A stretch of DNA of 64,000 bases from the human T2T-CHM13v2.0 reference genome, Homo sapiens: the NCBI RefSeq assembly GCF_009914755.1, contig NC_060934.1. The stretch is one strand, 5' to 3'. Both the position numbers and the translations under genes were made by a program. Below the pieces are notes generated by a model. That model ran no database searches. It was not told where the DNA came from and saw nothing but the letters and a program-made list of their open reading frames with translations. Position 1 is the first letter of the stretch. Each line of letters opens with the position of its first letter. Below, piece by piece: positions 38,561-55,647 of the stretch.

Positions 38561-40325
38561 AGTGTCATTCTATGTTGTCTCTCATGTTCATTCTTTTAGA
38601 AAGTCAGCCTTGCTGCTGAAATAAGCCTCTTTTTTGTCTTCCTAAATAAAAACCAGGCTAATGGAACACACATACCTTCCAGACATAGGAAGTCCCCGCT
38701 GTTAGAAGAGCCACAAAAAGTAAACACACCTGACTCACCAGACTTCTCTTTCTGTGACCTCTTTTTACCCTGGCTCTGTCCCACCAAATTCAGAAGCTAA
38801 AACCATTTAAACACCCCTGGCTTCTTCCATAATGAAGTGTAATAGAGCACCTTTTCTGAAATCTCTGTCCTAGAAATCAGGGCCTAAGGGTTCACTTCAT
38901 AACCTTATATGTTAAGGAGCTACATGACAATTTTTGATTGGGTTATTCCAACTTAAGTGACGAAACTGGAATTTGTAAATTTGAGGGACAAGGTAAACCT
39001 GGTAGAGCCCTTGAGGTTCTGGTTAGATGGCATCCTAGAAGTCAAATCAGTCTGGAAGGCAGGTAACCTCTGAGGAGCTGTTGCTGGTACACAGGCAGAG
39101 TCTTGGCAGTAGAAGGGTAGGCAGATCTTCTGTAGGAACCTTCTGTGTTTTCAATCTTAGGAGTTCAGATCATCAATAGGGGTGATGATCTGGTACTCTG
39201 GAGGCAAGAGAGTCTGTCTGGTTCATACCAGCAATGTGTGCTCTATAAATACTTGCAGGTTCAATGAATAGGAGTAGCTGAGGAAGGGAGGGATGTGAAT
39301 GAAGACAAGGAGAATGGACTTACCAGCACTGGCAGCAAAAAAGGGACATGTTTAGATGGTAAGCAGAGAAGAAAGTGACTCTTCAGGTCGGGTGGCCAGT
39401 TATAAATGAGAGATTTACTATAACATGTGACACAAAATTCCATAGTAAAATAGGTGAGTGGATTGATGAATGGATGGATCTATGCCTAAAATGTGTATAA
39501 TGTTTATAACTGTGAAGTGGGGATAATGGGCTGTTTTATTTCCTCCTTTTTATAATTTTGTTATTTCATTTTGTTATTCAGATTTCTCAGAGTTTATTAA
39601 ACATTATGCTTAGATCTGTCACATCTTGCAATGAACTCTGAAAATGCCTTTGTCATTTTCCCTGATGGTAAACTGATGAAAATCCATAGGTCAGTTGAAG
39701 CTTAATGAGGAGAGCTTTTCTTAACTTATCTAAGGCTTGCTTAACTCCACCTGCATGTCCATATCAGCCAGCCATCGACGAATGTGCCTTTCCTTAATGA
39801 ATCTTTCTGTCACTTCTTCACAGTCTTTGTTGCGGGTGCTTTTCTTGGCTCTCTCGGATATCAGTCAGAAAAGGGAGATTTATACTATCCCTTTGAACAG
39901 ACAATGCCCATGTTCTTATATACAACCCCATGGATACTAAAAGCCCATTAATTTCAATAGCTATTACAGATACTTACGGCAATATTATAAGAATTCCTGC
40001 TTCCCAGCCCAGATGACTGGGGAATACCATTGGTTTTGCTAGTGGAATGTATTTAGCACAACCTTGAATTTGTATTTTCTTCCTTCTTTGTCTTGCTTTT
40101 CTGCCTTTAGCCCTAGAGAGGGTGTCACTCAGGGCTTGGTGCCAACCTTTTGGTGCTCTGCAGGATAAAGAGGCCTGAGGAGAATGTTGCTTGCCATTAC
40201 AGAAAGTTTATTATTATTGAATGTGCTATTGTGTACCGAGCATTTACGCTACACCCTGCTGACTCCTTTTTTGCTTGGATTGTGTCTGGGCTCTGATTTG
40301 GCTGGTGTTTATCTTTATTAAGTCA

Positions 40326-40326
40326 G

Positions 40327-40358
<32 letters not shown>

Positions 40359-40389
40359 TCTCTCTCTTTCTCTCTCCCCCCTCTCTCTT
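40326..40389. repeat. (CT)n microsatellite
   Basis: Dinucleotide run. Confidence 0.95.
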
Positions 40390-43300
40390 AATTTTGCTCT
40401 TGTTTCTTTCCTAAATAAAATACTTGAAGAAAACAGAAGTGAGGATAGGAATGTGAGGAACGTGTCTGGAGAGTTTTCTGTATTACTCTAATGTGAGGAA
40501 CAGATGTGGGGGAAGATGCTCCTGTTTTCTGTTGAGTTTAAAATTCAGGCTTGTGTATAAACAGTTTAGAACCTATGCAATTTACATTTTTAAATAACAA
40601 AGTCCTGGTGTGGTAACCAGCCACATTTTCTGGTGAACTCTTCATAAGCTATGCCTAGGGTTGGCCAGAGTCCAAATTATAAAGTAGTAGGTTTCACTGT
40701 TTGCTTCTTTTTCTTCTTCTTCTTCTTTTTTTTTTTTTTCTCTCCTGTCTTTCCTTCCTCAAGGTGCTTCTGCTTTCATCAAAACCTGTCCCTTGGAAGG
40801 AGTTGGCATCAGGCATTTTTATGTTAATGTAAATGGAAGTTTCGGTGTTAGCATTTGTGGACATTTTGAATCTCACCTCTCATTTTGTATCAAAAGATGG
40901 ATGGTCCTCTGGAAAGCATTTGGGAAAAATAAGGGTATAAGTCAAATCTGATGAGACTTCCAAGACCCTGTATTTGCTAAAGTGGCATCTTGCAAAGGTA
41001 CCAAGGAAGCAAGGGGTAAGCCCTATTCAGGTGTGGATAAGTGAGAAAAGTGAGGCCATAACATACTGTCATGTTTTTTTATATAAAATCATTGCATATT
41101 AAGAAAAAATACATTTTTATTAACTTATATTTCCTGATCACAAGCCAAGTGCAAGAGCAAAAATTAAAGGAAATTTAAACTTTTATGTCCAGACTAGGGT
41201 TTTACTTCTATTTGTTTGTTTTGTTTTTGCTACTTCAAAGAGATGAGCTCCATAAGGCTAAATATTTCTTTCTACCTAAAAGAAGGCTATGATTTTATAT
41301 GTACCTCTGTATCTTTGTTTATGTTTTTTCAGGGATAATAATTAGTGTATTTCCCTTTCCCCTCACCTGCTGAACACATTTTGATATCCAACTGTCTCAC
41401 TTCTCTCTCTAATCAGATCTTTATTGAAAATTATGTTTTTGAGTGCTGAGTTTCTGGATCTTTCTAATGCTAAAAGTAATGCAGCAGAAATGTAAAACAT
41501 GCCCAGTTTTACTCTCAAGGGTAGTAATTTCAAGAGGAATGATGGGAGCTAAAGAAATAAGTGAGGAAGAGTTTTAAAAAGGAATAGGGAGGAGTTGAGA
41601 AAAAAGTTGAGAAGTATAGAATGGAGAAAGGATTTAAGAAGTAAATTGAGGTTATAAATTGACATCCTTTGAGAAAATGGAATGAAAATTTTGATTAGTT
41701 TTGATTAATAGGGTGTTTTTCTTTGAATACAAAGTAGTGATGAGAGAGCCATAACAAATCCCCCCAAATAAAATTAGGGCTTCACAAATGCATGCATATA
41801 TATTCTGTATTTTCTCTAATTTGAGATACACATCTAACTATAATTATTGATTTTAAGAAACATTGCTATTTCATATACCTACTTTTAACAAAAACACTTT
41901 AAATTATTATTTTAACAAGTTTTCAATTATGAGATAAATCTGTTTCAGAGATGTTAAAATATAAAAAAGTATAGTGATAAAATAACATGCATAATATTAA
42001 TAAAATACAATAAAATGAGGAGAAGATTCGGGAATTGCAAGTTATTGTTGGTTTTTTTTAAACTTTTATGAATTGTCATAGTGTTTTACTATGATCATGA
42101 GTTACTTTTGTAATTAGAACCAAAAACATGGTTTAGATGTATTTTTTTTGTTGGAAATTCACAGGGAATGAAGCTCTTTGCTTCTGGTAACTTCTGGTCT
42201 CATTGACCAAATCCTACAACTGCTACCACCATCAGATAACTCTCTTCCAAGGTCCAGCACAAGAGAGTTCAAAATTATTCTAACAGCTTGTTGTCTGGAT
42301 TTCCCAGGACCTATTGAGTCTCCCTGCCAATGAAACAAACATAACTTTACTTAGCATAAATTATTTGTGCATCTATAAATGTAGGCATATCCATTTACAA
42401 AATGTAATATTGGGACAATTTCTAAACTATGCAGTGCACAATTTATTTTCAATGGCCAGTAAAATGCTAAAGTCCATCAGTGTGCCTCAGGCTTCTCTAT
42501 CTCTCATGCTTTCCTAAGTTCATCTGATTGTCCAGTGGATTCAAGGTTTGAAGATTCTGACGTGTAACCTGAGGGTTTAACTCCAGCCTCCATCTATTCT
42601 GATGCACTCTACTGGAAGGCTGAGATCAGACGGTTAAAGGCTACCTGTGCCCTCTACCACCTTTCATTGTATAGCCCAGTGCTAGAGAAAAGCTTAATCA
42701 GAAAAAAAGTTTTCACATTTTCTATGACAGAGTTTCTAGCTTGAGCCAAGCCATTTTACCCAAGAATACAGATGAATTTGGGTCAGAAGTGTTGCCTTGG
42801 AGGAAAAGAGTAAAAGAGGGAGGAGGATGGTGACTGCATTTCTGAAAATCTCTCTCCCAAAGCAAAATATTTTAATAATTTTTAAAACTATAATCAAATA
42901 AACTCTAGAGAAACCTATGTGAAATATGCAATAAAACATTAATGGTCAGACAGTGAGACATGTAGTCAAAGGATGGTGGCTGTTTCCTGTGTTTTCTCCT
43001 CATCAAAAGTGCTCTCACTCCCAGGAACCCAGCTTTGCTGATAGTCCGGGAATGTCTGGAGGGCTGGAAGGCTTATCCCCAAAGCACTAAAGAGGAGAGA
43101 CTTCTCCATCCAGAAGAGGGAGCTGGGTTCACAAGTTCAAGCCAAGAAAAATATGTCAGAGTCAGAGGGCAAAGGTAATTTTGAGTACAGCACAGTGTCT
43201 GTCTCTCAATATGTCCTCTGGAACATCCTTTTCAGAGTCATAGATTGTTTCCGGAAAGAGGCAACTTCAGTTAAGAGGAAGTTAAAAAAGAAAAAAAAAG

Positions 43301-43506
43301 CTTAACAACTTCATAATAAAGTCTCAGTAAAACTAGGAGAGCAGAGGTAAGGCTATGTAGCAGAATATAGCACACATGGAGATGAAAGGAAACTTCTTGA
43401 CTTGAGGAGGCCTTTGGATCACAGAACAGACAGGCTTAATTTGGGCTGGAGATGAGAAGCTAGGGAGCTGAGAATCAGAGCAGCCCATGCACAAGAAGCT
43501 TTGGCA

Positions 43507-43596
43507 GAAAACAAACAAAAAAACAAACAAAAACAAACAAACAATAAAAAACAGAATTTATATTTATGCTCCGCCCCCCCCGCCCCCCCCCCCCCC
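43507..43596. repeat. (AAAC)n tract followed by a poly(C) tract
   Basis: aaaacaaacaaaaaaacaaac... then ccgccccccccgcccccccccccccc. Confidence 0.9.
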
Positions 43597-45974
43597 GACA
43601 GCTTGAACAGGAGCAGAGAGAGATGACAGAACTTAAATTGTATGCTAAGGAGCATGCAGTGCCTTCCCTAAGGAAGTCTGGAGAGACAGAGGTGGCCAGG
43701 GCAGGCTGGTTTCACGCCAGTATCAGGAAGGGCAGAAGCGAGAAATACTGTATTGTTACTACGTAATGATGCTATTGTGATACATAGAATTTGAGTTATA
43801 CACTTAAACTTGATGCAGAGTGACTCCTGACTTTGCCTGTAATCACTTAGGCGAGAGACTGTATCCATCCATTGACCATCCCTAGGATGGTGCTCTGCAT
43901 CAGCGATAAGACTCATTGCTGGTACTGCCCCTCTTCTCATAGATGGATGCTGTGGAACTTCAGGGTTCTAATCTTGGCCAACTTCACACACTTAAGAGTG
44001 CCCCAGATTTCCATAGGTTCTCTAGTCTTCAGAAGGAACCTTTCCCACATGCCACTATTCCAAATTCCCATCTGTTGAACCCTGGGAAGTCTATTTTTTT
44101 TTTTTTCAAGTGGGTTCCTTTTTCTAAGTGTTTCATGGGAATTTCCAAGGAACACTTAAATATTATAAAATTTGGCTCTGGTTGTTTGTCACCTGAGAAG
44201 AGAACTACAATGTGGAAAAGAAAGCTTGGAACTGGATATAGATGTTACTCCCTCTAGAGCCCTTGGAAATGCCCCTCCACAGGATTCTTTCCTTGCAGTT
44301 GACCTGCCACCATGTCCCAGAGCTAAGCCTACCTCCTCTCCCTGACGATGCCTTTCAGCAGAAGTTCCCAGTATTCAGACTCACCTGCTCACAGCCCTAT
44401 GATGTCATTTCCTCCTCCAGGCTATGGCCCACCCCATTTTTCTCTCTTCAGATGATTGACAGAAAAGATACAGATTTTCTAGGTGGGAAAGTCCCACTTT
44501 TGTTTACAGGATGTGACCTCTGGACCCCAAGGCATGGGATAAGGCAAATGAAATATTTGACCAGAGTTACTTCAATCAGAATTATGCCCCTTTTTCCAGG
44601 AAGGGAGAAAGGAAGAAGATCAGCAGAGAGTGGGCTTTGGCAAATCCTATCCTGTCTGTTTTATGACGCAGCCTCTAGCACAAGGTGAAGACATGCCAGA
44701 TTTGCTACCTCATCTTTTCTGCCATCAACCAGTGTCAGCTTCCAATTTTTTGTGTGTTGTTCTTGGACATAATATGTGTGTGCATACACCCACATCCACA
44801 CATGCACACACATCCCTCATAAGAACACTACAATATTTTTTTGTAAACAGAGATGTCTAGTGAAAAAAAATCTCAATCTGTAAAGATACAATCACATACC
44901 TAGTTTGTATTACTAAACTGAACCTTTAATATCTAGTTGGAAGCAAGGTTCTCCAAGAGAAATGGGTGTGTACTTGTGTTTTATCTGTGTAACTAAAAGT
45001 ACCTGCCCAAATGGCCTTTCCCAAAGACTAATACTAGCTTTTACTGCACAATAAAAATTTTGCAGACAGTATTCAAGGGAGTAGCTTCTAGCTTTGATAA
45101 TTTAAATGTTCATTCACCACAGGCCCCTTTTAACAAAAATAATAATACAATTGAATAAGACCTTGAGAGTATATATGTTTATGATTTTGTCAAACAATGT
45201 TAAAGCATATTTGAATTATTTCAGTTAAGGACACTCTACTAAGATAAATATTTGGATAAAAGTGGTGTTCTTGTGGCCTCATTTCCAGAATATTCTGAGT
45301 TAGGATCTATGAGAAGGAAGAGGATAATTACTTGGATTTCATTTTGGAATAACTTTCTTACAAGCCAGCAGAACTCTGTGAACTAATAAATATTTCTACA
45401 GCCACTACTTTTACATCAGAAAAGAGCTTTCTTCTTGTTTTTTAAATGTTTCTTTGGAAAAAATATTTCAAACCCTCCTGAGTGCTTTAAATATTCTAAT
45501 TCTTAGCTTAACCTTTTGAATCACTACTTTCTGGCTTTTCTTTGGGATCACATTTTTCTGTTTGACTGTCCACAGTTCCAACCTAATAAAAGATTTACCC
45601 AGGCTGAACTTAATTTAAACTATAGAGAGGCTACCTTGGAAGAGTTCAACTTCATGCTTATCTGGACAGGAAAGAAACTTCGGAGGTTATGCCACCTGTA
45701 CAACACCAGGGACTTGGTAATAAAATCTCAGAAGAGAAAACTGCCTGCATCCTATTTCCAATTCTTTCTCCTAAATTTCACTTTACTTCCATTTTTTTTC
45801 CTTTGAGTCTTTTCTGTTTCTCTGGGTTTTGTCTATTACCAATATTCTCCTATGCAATGATATAACTGCCTGACTTTATTGTACTAGATAAACAATTACA
45901 CAATGTTTTTGTAACATTACACAATGTTTTGCTCACTCCCCCTTCCTCTTTCTTGTTTATTTCTTTCTTCTTTT

Positions 45975-46860
45975 TCTAGTAAAGGCCCAGATGGGGCAAG
46001 GGAGCCAGCCATATGGGTATGTGGTGAAAAGACTTTCCAAAAGGGGACATAGCAAATTTAGAGCCTTATAGAGGAGCATGGCATGTCTGGGATGAATGGA
46101 GTGAAGGCAAGAGGATAGAAAAGATGAAGTTAGAGCATGAACCCCATCAGCTAGACCCTTGTAAGCTATGGAAAGGGTTTGGTTTTCACTCTGAGTGAGA
46201 TGGGAAGCCATTGGAGGACATTAAACAGATTTATCCTCCAGTTTTAAGAAGCCCACAGTAGCAGATATCTTGAGAATATACTATGAGCAACTAAGAGAGG
46301 TACAGAGTGGGAGCCAATTGTAATAATCCAGGCAAGAGATGATGGTGACTCAGATCAGGTTAGTGGCAGTTGAGATTAAAGGAGTGTTTGGATTCTCTGG
46401 ATATATTTTGAAAATAGAGGTTGCAAGATTTAATGACTGATTGGATGTATGGGGATGAGAGAAAGAGAGACATTGAGGATGAATTCAAGAATGTTGCATG
46501 ATAAACATCTAGGACACAGTGAAAAGAAAAAAATGGAAAAGAAAGAATTTTGCATGAGAAACTGGAAGAATGCTGTTGGCATCAATGAAATGTTAGCATT
46601 TCAGTTAATGGCTGAGGGTACAACAAGTTTGGGAGTGAGATCATGAGCTCAGTTTCTTTGAACATATTCATGTTGGGATTTCTAATATTCAGATATAATT
46701 GCCAGGAAGACAGGTGAGTTTATAAATCTGAAATGCAGGGGAGTGTTCTAGTCTGCATATACAAATATGAGAATCCTCATTACGTAAGTTGTTTCAAGAT
46801 GGGTGCATGAATGAAATCACCAAAAGAATAAGAGTATGGATAAAAAGAAAAGGAGGATGT
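45975..46860 (-). mobile_element. L2 fragment
   Basis: tttggttttcactctgagtgagatgggaagccattggagg; aatccaggcaagagatgatggtg; ggatatattttgaa. Confidence 0.8.
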
Positions 46861-47587
46861 GAACAGTAGCCCTATGTATCCAGGTGTTTTTGTGGATTCT
46901 GTCCCATTATGATGAAAATGTCTCACTGGCATGACAGTCTGTCCCTTTTCAAGGGAAAATGCTCAAAAAATGAACATCTTTCAAAGATTTTTTGTTTGTT
47001 TGTTTCCTCCCCACACATTCACTGGCAGGGATCCAAAACAGGTGTGTGCTTATGTGCGAGTCTATGTGTGCATTCCTTTCTGCTGATTTTGAAATATGTC
47101 AAGTGTAGCAGCTTGCTTGGAGGAGAAAAACATATCAAGATTTGTTAAAAAGAAATCAATTAAGTTACCTGATAAATCTAGAGTGAAGTGTACAGTTCCT
47201 GAGTCCTTGTAGAGAAACTGATGACACAGAAGGATTCTGCTGAACGTGTATTTTTTTGCTGCCATGAGAGTGAGGGGCAGTGAGCAAGAATGCCATTGCA
47301 GCCTGACCAGATGGAGAAAAGATTGTTCCATTGACGGTACAAGTACCACTTCTGGTTGCCTTGGTTACAGGAACCTCATAACACATGCAAATGAAGTAAA
47401 TGGTAATTAGCAGTGGAGCAACAGGTGACCTAGCTTAGTGCTACCTTGGGGGAAGATTGTGTGTCTGGAAACAATGAGACAGGAGACAAGGAACTCATTG
47501 TGAATAACAAGCGTGACACTGGCGTTGCCTGTTCAGGAACCTCTCACTGAGGCAGACCTTTTTATATCTTCCATTAGCTCTGGCCAG

Positions 47588-47999
47588 TGATACAGTTCAT
47601 TTCTGTGGCCCCATCCAAATATCATGTCAAATTGTAACCCCCAATGTTGGAGGTGGGGCCTGGTGGGAGGTGATTGGATCATGTGGGTGATTTCTCATGG
47701 TTTAACACTCTCCCACTTGGTGTTGTCGTGGTGATAGTGAGTTCTCATAAGATCTGGTTGTTTAAAAGTGTGTGGCACGCTGCACCCCTTCGTCCTGCTC
47801 TGGCCATGTAAGAGGAGCCTGCTTCCCCTTTGCCTTCTGCCATGATTGTAAGTTCCTGAAGCCTCCCCAGAAGCCAAGTAGTTGCCAGTATCATGCTTTC
47901 TGTACAGTCTGCAAAACTGTGAACCAATTAAACTTCTTTTCTTTATAAATTACCCAGTCTTGGGTATTTCTTTACAGCAGTGTGAGAAAGGATGAAACA
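47588..47999 (+). mobile_element. MSTA-type MaLR solo LTR
   Basis: TG...CA ends; aatgttggaggtggggcctggtgggaggtgattggatcatg; ATTAAA signal; TSD gccag/gtcag. Confidence 0.9.
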
Positions 48000-48584
48000 G
48001 TCAGTCTCAATGCAAATAACCCATAGCGTTGCCACCATGGTCCTGTCTGATGTCATTGCTGAATAGAAGGACACCCTGGGGACAACAAGGCGAGTGGATG
48101 AACAAAATAATTGTTATAAATCCTTTTTCTCACAAATGGGAAGAGTACATTTTGAAATGCACCTGAGCATTTCAGCATTAATTTCTGCATAAATCTCTGT
48201 GGGTATGTACCTCTAACATTAGCGACACATTATTCCGAGATAAACTAAAATGTAAAAAAATTACTTAATTGAATCTATTTACATTGTTCTGTTTGTTCAA
48301 AGCTTCAAAATAAATCCAAATCTCACAGGTCATATAAGGTAAAAATTAAGAAATGAGAATGGTACTCCCATTTTTAGGGTTTGATAGGTTGATCTGAAAC
48401 AATTTGGAATTTCTTTGGCAGTCTGGGCATGAAATCGACCCCCTCTTCCCATCTGTCAGGCTCCATTGGGTTGATGAAGCCACAGAAGAAACCTGCACAC
48501 TTACTGTGAGAGGAAGTAGCACAGCCTTCCAAGTTGGAGTCATCACAAGCCACAATAAATAATAGTATTATAGCTGCGACTACT

Positions 48585-48926
<342 letters not shown>

Positions 48927-49575
48927 TGATTTTTACTCTGCCTCCTGGCACAAAGGTACTTTGGAAGTTATAATTTGGACATTTTAATATTGGATTTATG
49001 GGACTCTTAAAATGTTTTGAGGGTTGGATTGAAGAAATAAAGGAGCCAAGGAAACAAAGGACTGTTTTTCTGTTTCTAATGTTGATCTTCTGCCACCTGG
49101 ATGTAACACCTGGAAGCGGGTGGGGAGGAACACATAGTGTATATTTGGACCAGCAAAATTGAGAAATCTATTATTTTGTTCCATGTGGTTTAATTTCATT
49201 CAGGGAGAAAGATCAGCTAGGCATGGAGCACCAGGAGAGAATGCCAGTCCTGAAAGATGTGTCCATGAGTGATGATCACATTGGCCCCATTGTTTGAACA
49301 AGGGCTCAAGCTCCAGCTATAAGCATAAATAGATGGGATTTCAATTTCTATTACTGGCAAGATAATAAACTCAATGTTTCAAAGATTTAAAAGCTTTTCA
49401 AATTATTCAGCATCCCCAAGTACTCATCCAAACATCAATTTTTCTTGTTAATGTTTGTGCTGATGGGAAGAAGTACCAGGAGCTAAATATAACCCACAGA
49501 TAGGCAATTACTATAGCACATTAGGAAAGCTCTGTTTAATGGAGTACTTTAAATAACTGGTGTCCCTTTGCTATG

Positions 49576-50020
49576 TGATATGGTTTGGATGTCTGTCCCC
49601 TTCAAATTTCATGTTGAAATGCGATCCCCAATGTTGGAGGTGGGGCCTGGTGGGAGGGTCATGGGAGCAGGTCCCTCATGAGTGTCTTGGTGGCCTCCCC
49701 ATGGTAATAAGTGAGTTCTTGCTCTGTTAGTTCACATGAGAGCTAACTAAAGCTCTAGTTTAGTTAAAAGGAGACTGGTTGTTTAAAGGTGAATGGCTCT
49801 CCTCCAATGTTGCCCCCAATCTTACCATGTGACACACTGACTCCCCCTTTGCCTTTCACCATGACTGAAAGCTTACTGAGGACTCACTGGAAGCTGAGCA
49901 GATGCCAGCACCATGCTTCCTGTATAGCCTGTGGAACAGTGGGCCAATTAAACATCTTTTCTTTATAAATTACCCAGTCTCAGATATTCCTTTAAAGCAA
50001 TGCAAGAATGAACTAACACA
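49576..50020 (+). mobile_element. MSTB-type MaLR solo LTR
   Basis: tgatatggtttggatg...cagatgccagcaccatgcttcctgta...tttataaattacccagtctcag...aactaacaca. Confidence 0.9.
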
Positions 50021-50639
50021 TCATGATACAATATATATTTTTCTCCCATCCAATCTGAACAACAATACCAACAACATGCTGTCTCACAAACAGCATTAAT
50101 AACTTAAAAGGGAAATCCTTATAAGCAGAAACTAACTACTTTTGGAAGACTCACTCTTACACAAACCAAACCACAGCATTAGGAAATGAAAGGTGGGGTC
50201 TTTTTCTCTTTAAATGAGATGAAAGGAAGCATGGGGTATTTATGTAAAGATTGGCTTTGTTGCATATGTATTTTCAAGGAGAAAATGTTGAAAGATGCCA
50301 TTCCTTTGTCTAGACATTTTAAAAATAGAGATGGCACACTCATGTATAACCCACATTTTTTAATGCAGCAAGCCTTGATTGACTGTTTATTATTCTTTTA
50401 TTAAGGGTCTGCACCATCTACTTTACAATATGGTTGACCCAGTCCCTGACTCTTGGATGTGTGTAACCAAGCTAATAGCACCTTAGTGAGGCATAAGCTT
50501 TCATGCTGGTTGTCTTCTTTCACCTTCTTGCTGCCTGACAGTACTCTTAGCCTACTTAGCTTTCTGACTAACTGAAAAAGATAAACTTTTACAAACTTTT
50601 AATACTTAGAAATTATGTAAAATTATGTAGATCTTGTTA

Positions 50640-50832
50640 CTTAGCATGTAATAAACATATCACTATATAATGAATTTGGTTTTTAAAATAATTTGTATTT
50701 GAATAAAATTAGCTTCCTTTGTCATTTTACATATTTTATTTTGTATATTTAATAACCTTATTCTGAGAAAGTGTTCATAGGTCTCATTAAAGTGCCAAAG
50801 GGGCCATGGTGCAAGAAAAGGTTAAGAACTCT
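50640..50832. mobile_element. hAT-Charlie DNA transposon fragment
   Basis: ctgagaaagtgttcatagg...tgccaaaggggccatgg...aaaaggttaagaac terminal motif. Confidence 0.6.
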
Positions 50833-50839
50833 AACAGTC

Positions 50840-51410
50840 TGTTTTGCAGTATTTGTTTGTCTGAAAAATATGTTCTTTTTGCTTTCATTTTGCTATAGGT
50901 TGCTTCTTATTTTCTTTTCAGCATATTGAATATGTGTATCCATTGTCTTTCGGCCTTCATCATTGTTGTGAAAAAGTCACTGCTAATCTGTCACTCCTTT
51001 GAAGATAATCTCTTCTAACTTTTAAAGATTTCTTTGTTTTTCAGCATAATGGGCTCAGATACATTTTCTTCTTATTTATTTGCTTAGCTTCCTGAAGCTG
51101 TGGCATAGTATCTTCCAATAATTCTGGAAAATTCTGTGAAAACTCTCTGCTAATGCTGCCTCTTCTTCATTATATTATCTCTTTCTGGGACTGTTTCTCT
51201 CTACACTTTATGTCTTTCACTCTTCTATATTTTATAGCTTTTTGCCAACCCTTACGTTATTTGAGTATTTTCTTCTGATCTATTTTCCAGTTGTCTAATT
51301 TTCTTTTCATCAGTGACTAATCTGCAATTGTGACTATTCACTGAATTGTTAATTTAGGTTATTGTATTTTACAGTTCCAGAATTTCTATTTGTTATCTGC
51401 TGTGTCACTA
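50840..51410 (-). mobile_element. Old L1M ORF1-region fragment
   Basis: ttttcagcatattgaa...cattgtctttcggcctt...gaaaaagtca...ttctggaaaattct. Confidence 0.65.
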
Positions 51411-51805
51411 TTCCAGAGCCTGTGAGTTAGTTTTTTTATCCTTCCACTTTTTTTTCAATCTCCTACATTATTGATAACAGTCAAATGTAGATTAAAAGAC
51501 ACAATTAAACTTTAATTTGTCATAAATTTCAAAGCATTGAGGCATTACACTAGGTAGAACCTGGGTTGATTATTCTTCTCTCTGGGCCTCCATTTTTTTC
51601 ATCTGTAAAATGAAATTGGGAAAGATGAGTGACTTCTAGAAATTTTGGATTTTACAGGCAAGTAATTTTTCCAAAACTAATTTAGTATACATTAAAAGGT
51701 TGTCAAATTTTTATGTTTCTAAATGAGGACATTAGTTAAACAACCATCACCATTATTTCATAAAAGAAAGACATTTAATACCACCAAATGTTATAATAAA
51801 GAAAA

Positions 51806-54320
<2,515 letters not shown>

Positions 54321-55299
54321 TCAGGACACCAGCGTGACAACTCAGTCCTGGTTTGGTTAACATTCACTCCCATACCTTATTTTGTAATCTTAGTTGTTAA
54401 CTCTTAGAAGAGTGAAATGCATTTCAAGCCAAATTGTGCAAGCTAGATGAAAATCTGACATACGAGTGGACCCAGACATGGCGTTTGGTGAGGCAAAAGT
54501 TCACATGATGGAGCTGATCTAGGAGAATTCTTCCTCTTCCCATCAAACAATCCTTCTATTAGGACCTCTTCTCCACCACATTCTCATGGATTTCTCTGAT
54601 AACTAAAACAAAATAAGAGGTTGTTGGGCAGCAGTTCAAAATTTCCCTTTCCAGGTGTAGTGGCATTTGAATAGGGGATTCACCAAGCTTGAAATACCTT
54701 CAGGACCCAAACAAATGAATCACCTGTCATGAAATTTTAGAAACTATGGTCAGCAGCTGGTGAAGATATTTTAGGACAAAACACTATTATCTAGAGCCTC
54801 TGGAATCATACACCTGAAATATAGAAGAAAATGCACAGTTTATTTCTATTAATTGTGGTTTGGTAGAATAAAAAAGAAAGTTGGCAGCATTTCAGTATTG
54901 CACATTCAGGAGTCAACAAAAGCAGAAACATTACTCTTCACAATTCAGATGCAGGAGTAGCCCCAAGAGTCTGATGCCAGTGACGTGATCTAAGACCCAA
55001 ATGGCCTTTGAAGCTCTAGAGTTAACTCTTCCCTCTTCTGCCAGTCTCCATGGGTTTCTTTCTACTTACTACCCTGTTACCAACTAACTCTCCTAATTAT
55101 TTTCCTCTCTACTCTCTACTTGCTACTTTCCCTCTCTGAGATTTCCTATTTGACGCTACTTTCCTCTCTGCTTACTTTTGCTGTAAATCTCATTAAAATT
55201 TCCAAAAGATGATTAGATTGGGTTGAACTGCAGTCATCTGGTATGAAATGTTCCTGCTTGGGAGAGGTCTCAAGGTAAACCACACCAAGGTCACAGACC

Positions 55300-55647
55300 A
55301 GACTGAGAGTAGTGGCTTATACCTGTACTAAGAGCACTTTAGCAGGCTGAGGCAAAAGTATCACCTGAGGCCAGATGTTCAAGACCAGCCTGTGCCAGAG
55401 AGTGAGAAAAAACAAAACAAAAACAAACAAACAAACAAAAACATTAGCATGGTGGTGTGCATCTATAGTCCTAGCTATTTGGGAGGTGATGCACATCTAT
55501 AGTTCTAGCTATTGGGAGGCTGAGACGGGAGGATACCTTGAACCCAGGAATTCAGTGTTACAGTGAGCTATGATTGCACCACTGCACTCCAGCCTGGGTG
55601 ACAGAGTGAGATCCTGTCTGGAAAAAAAAAAAAAAAAGGAAAAAAAT
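55300..55647 (+). mobile_element. AluJ-type SINE with a ~30-bp internal tandem duplication
   Basis: catctatagt(c/t)ctagctatt(t)gggagg occurs twice; cagtgagctatgattg. Confidence 0.88.

Noticed and set aside
44242-44688. 148-aa ORF
   Set aside because: No recognisable motif or gene context.
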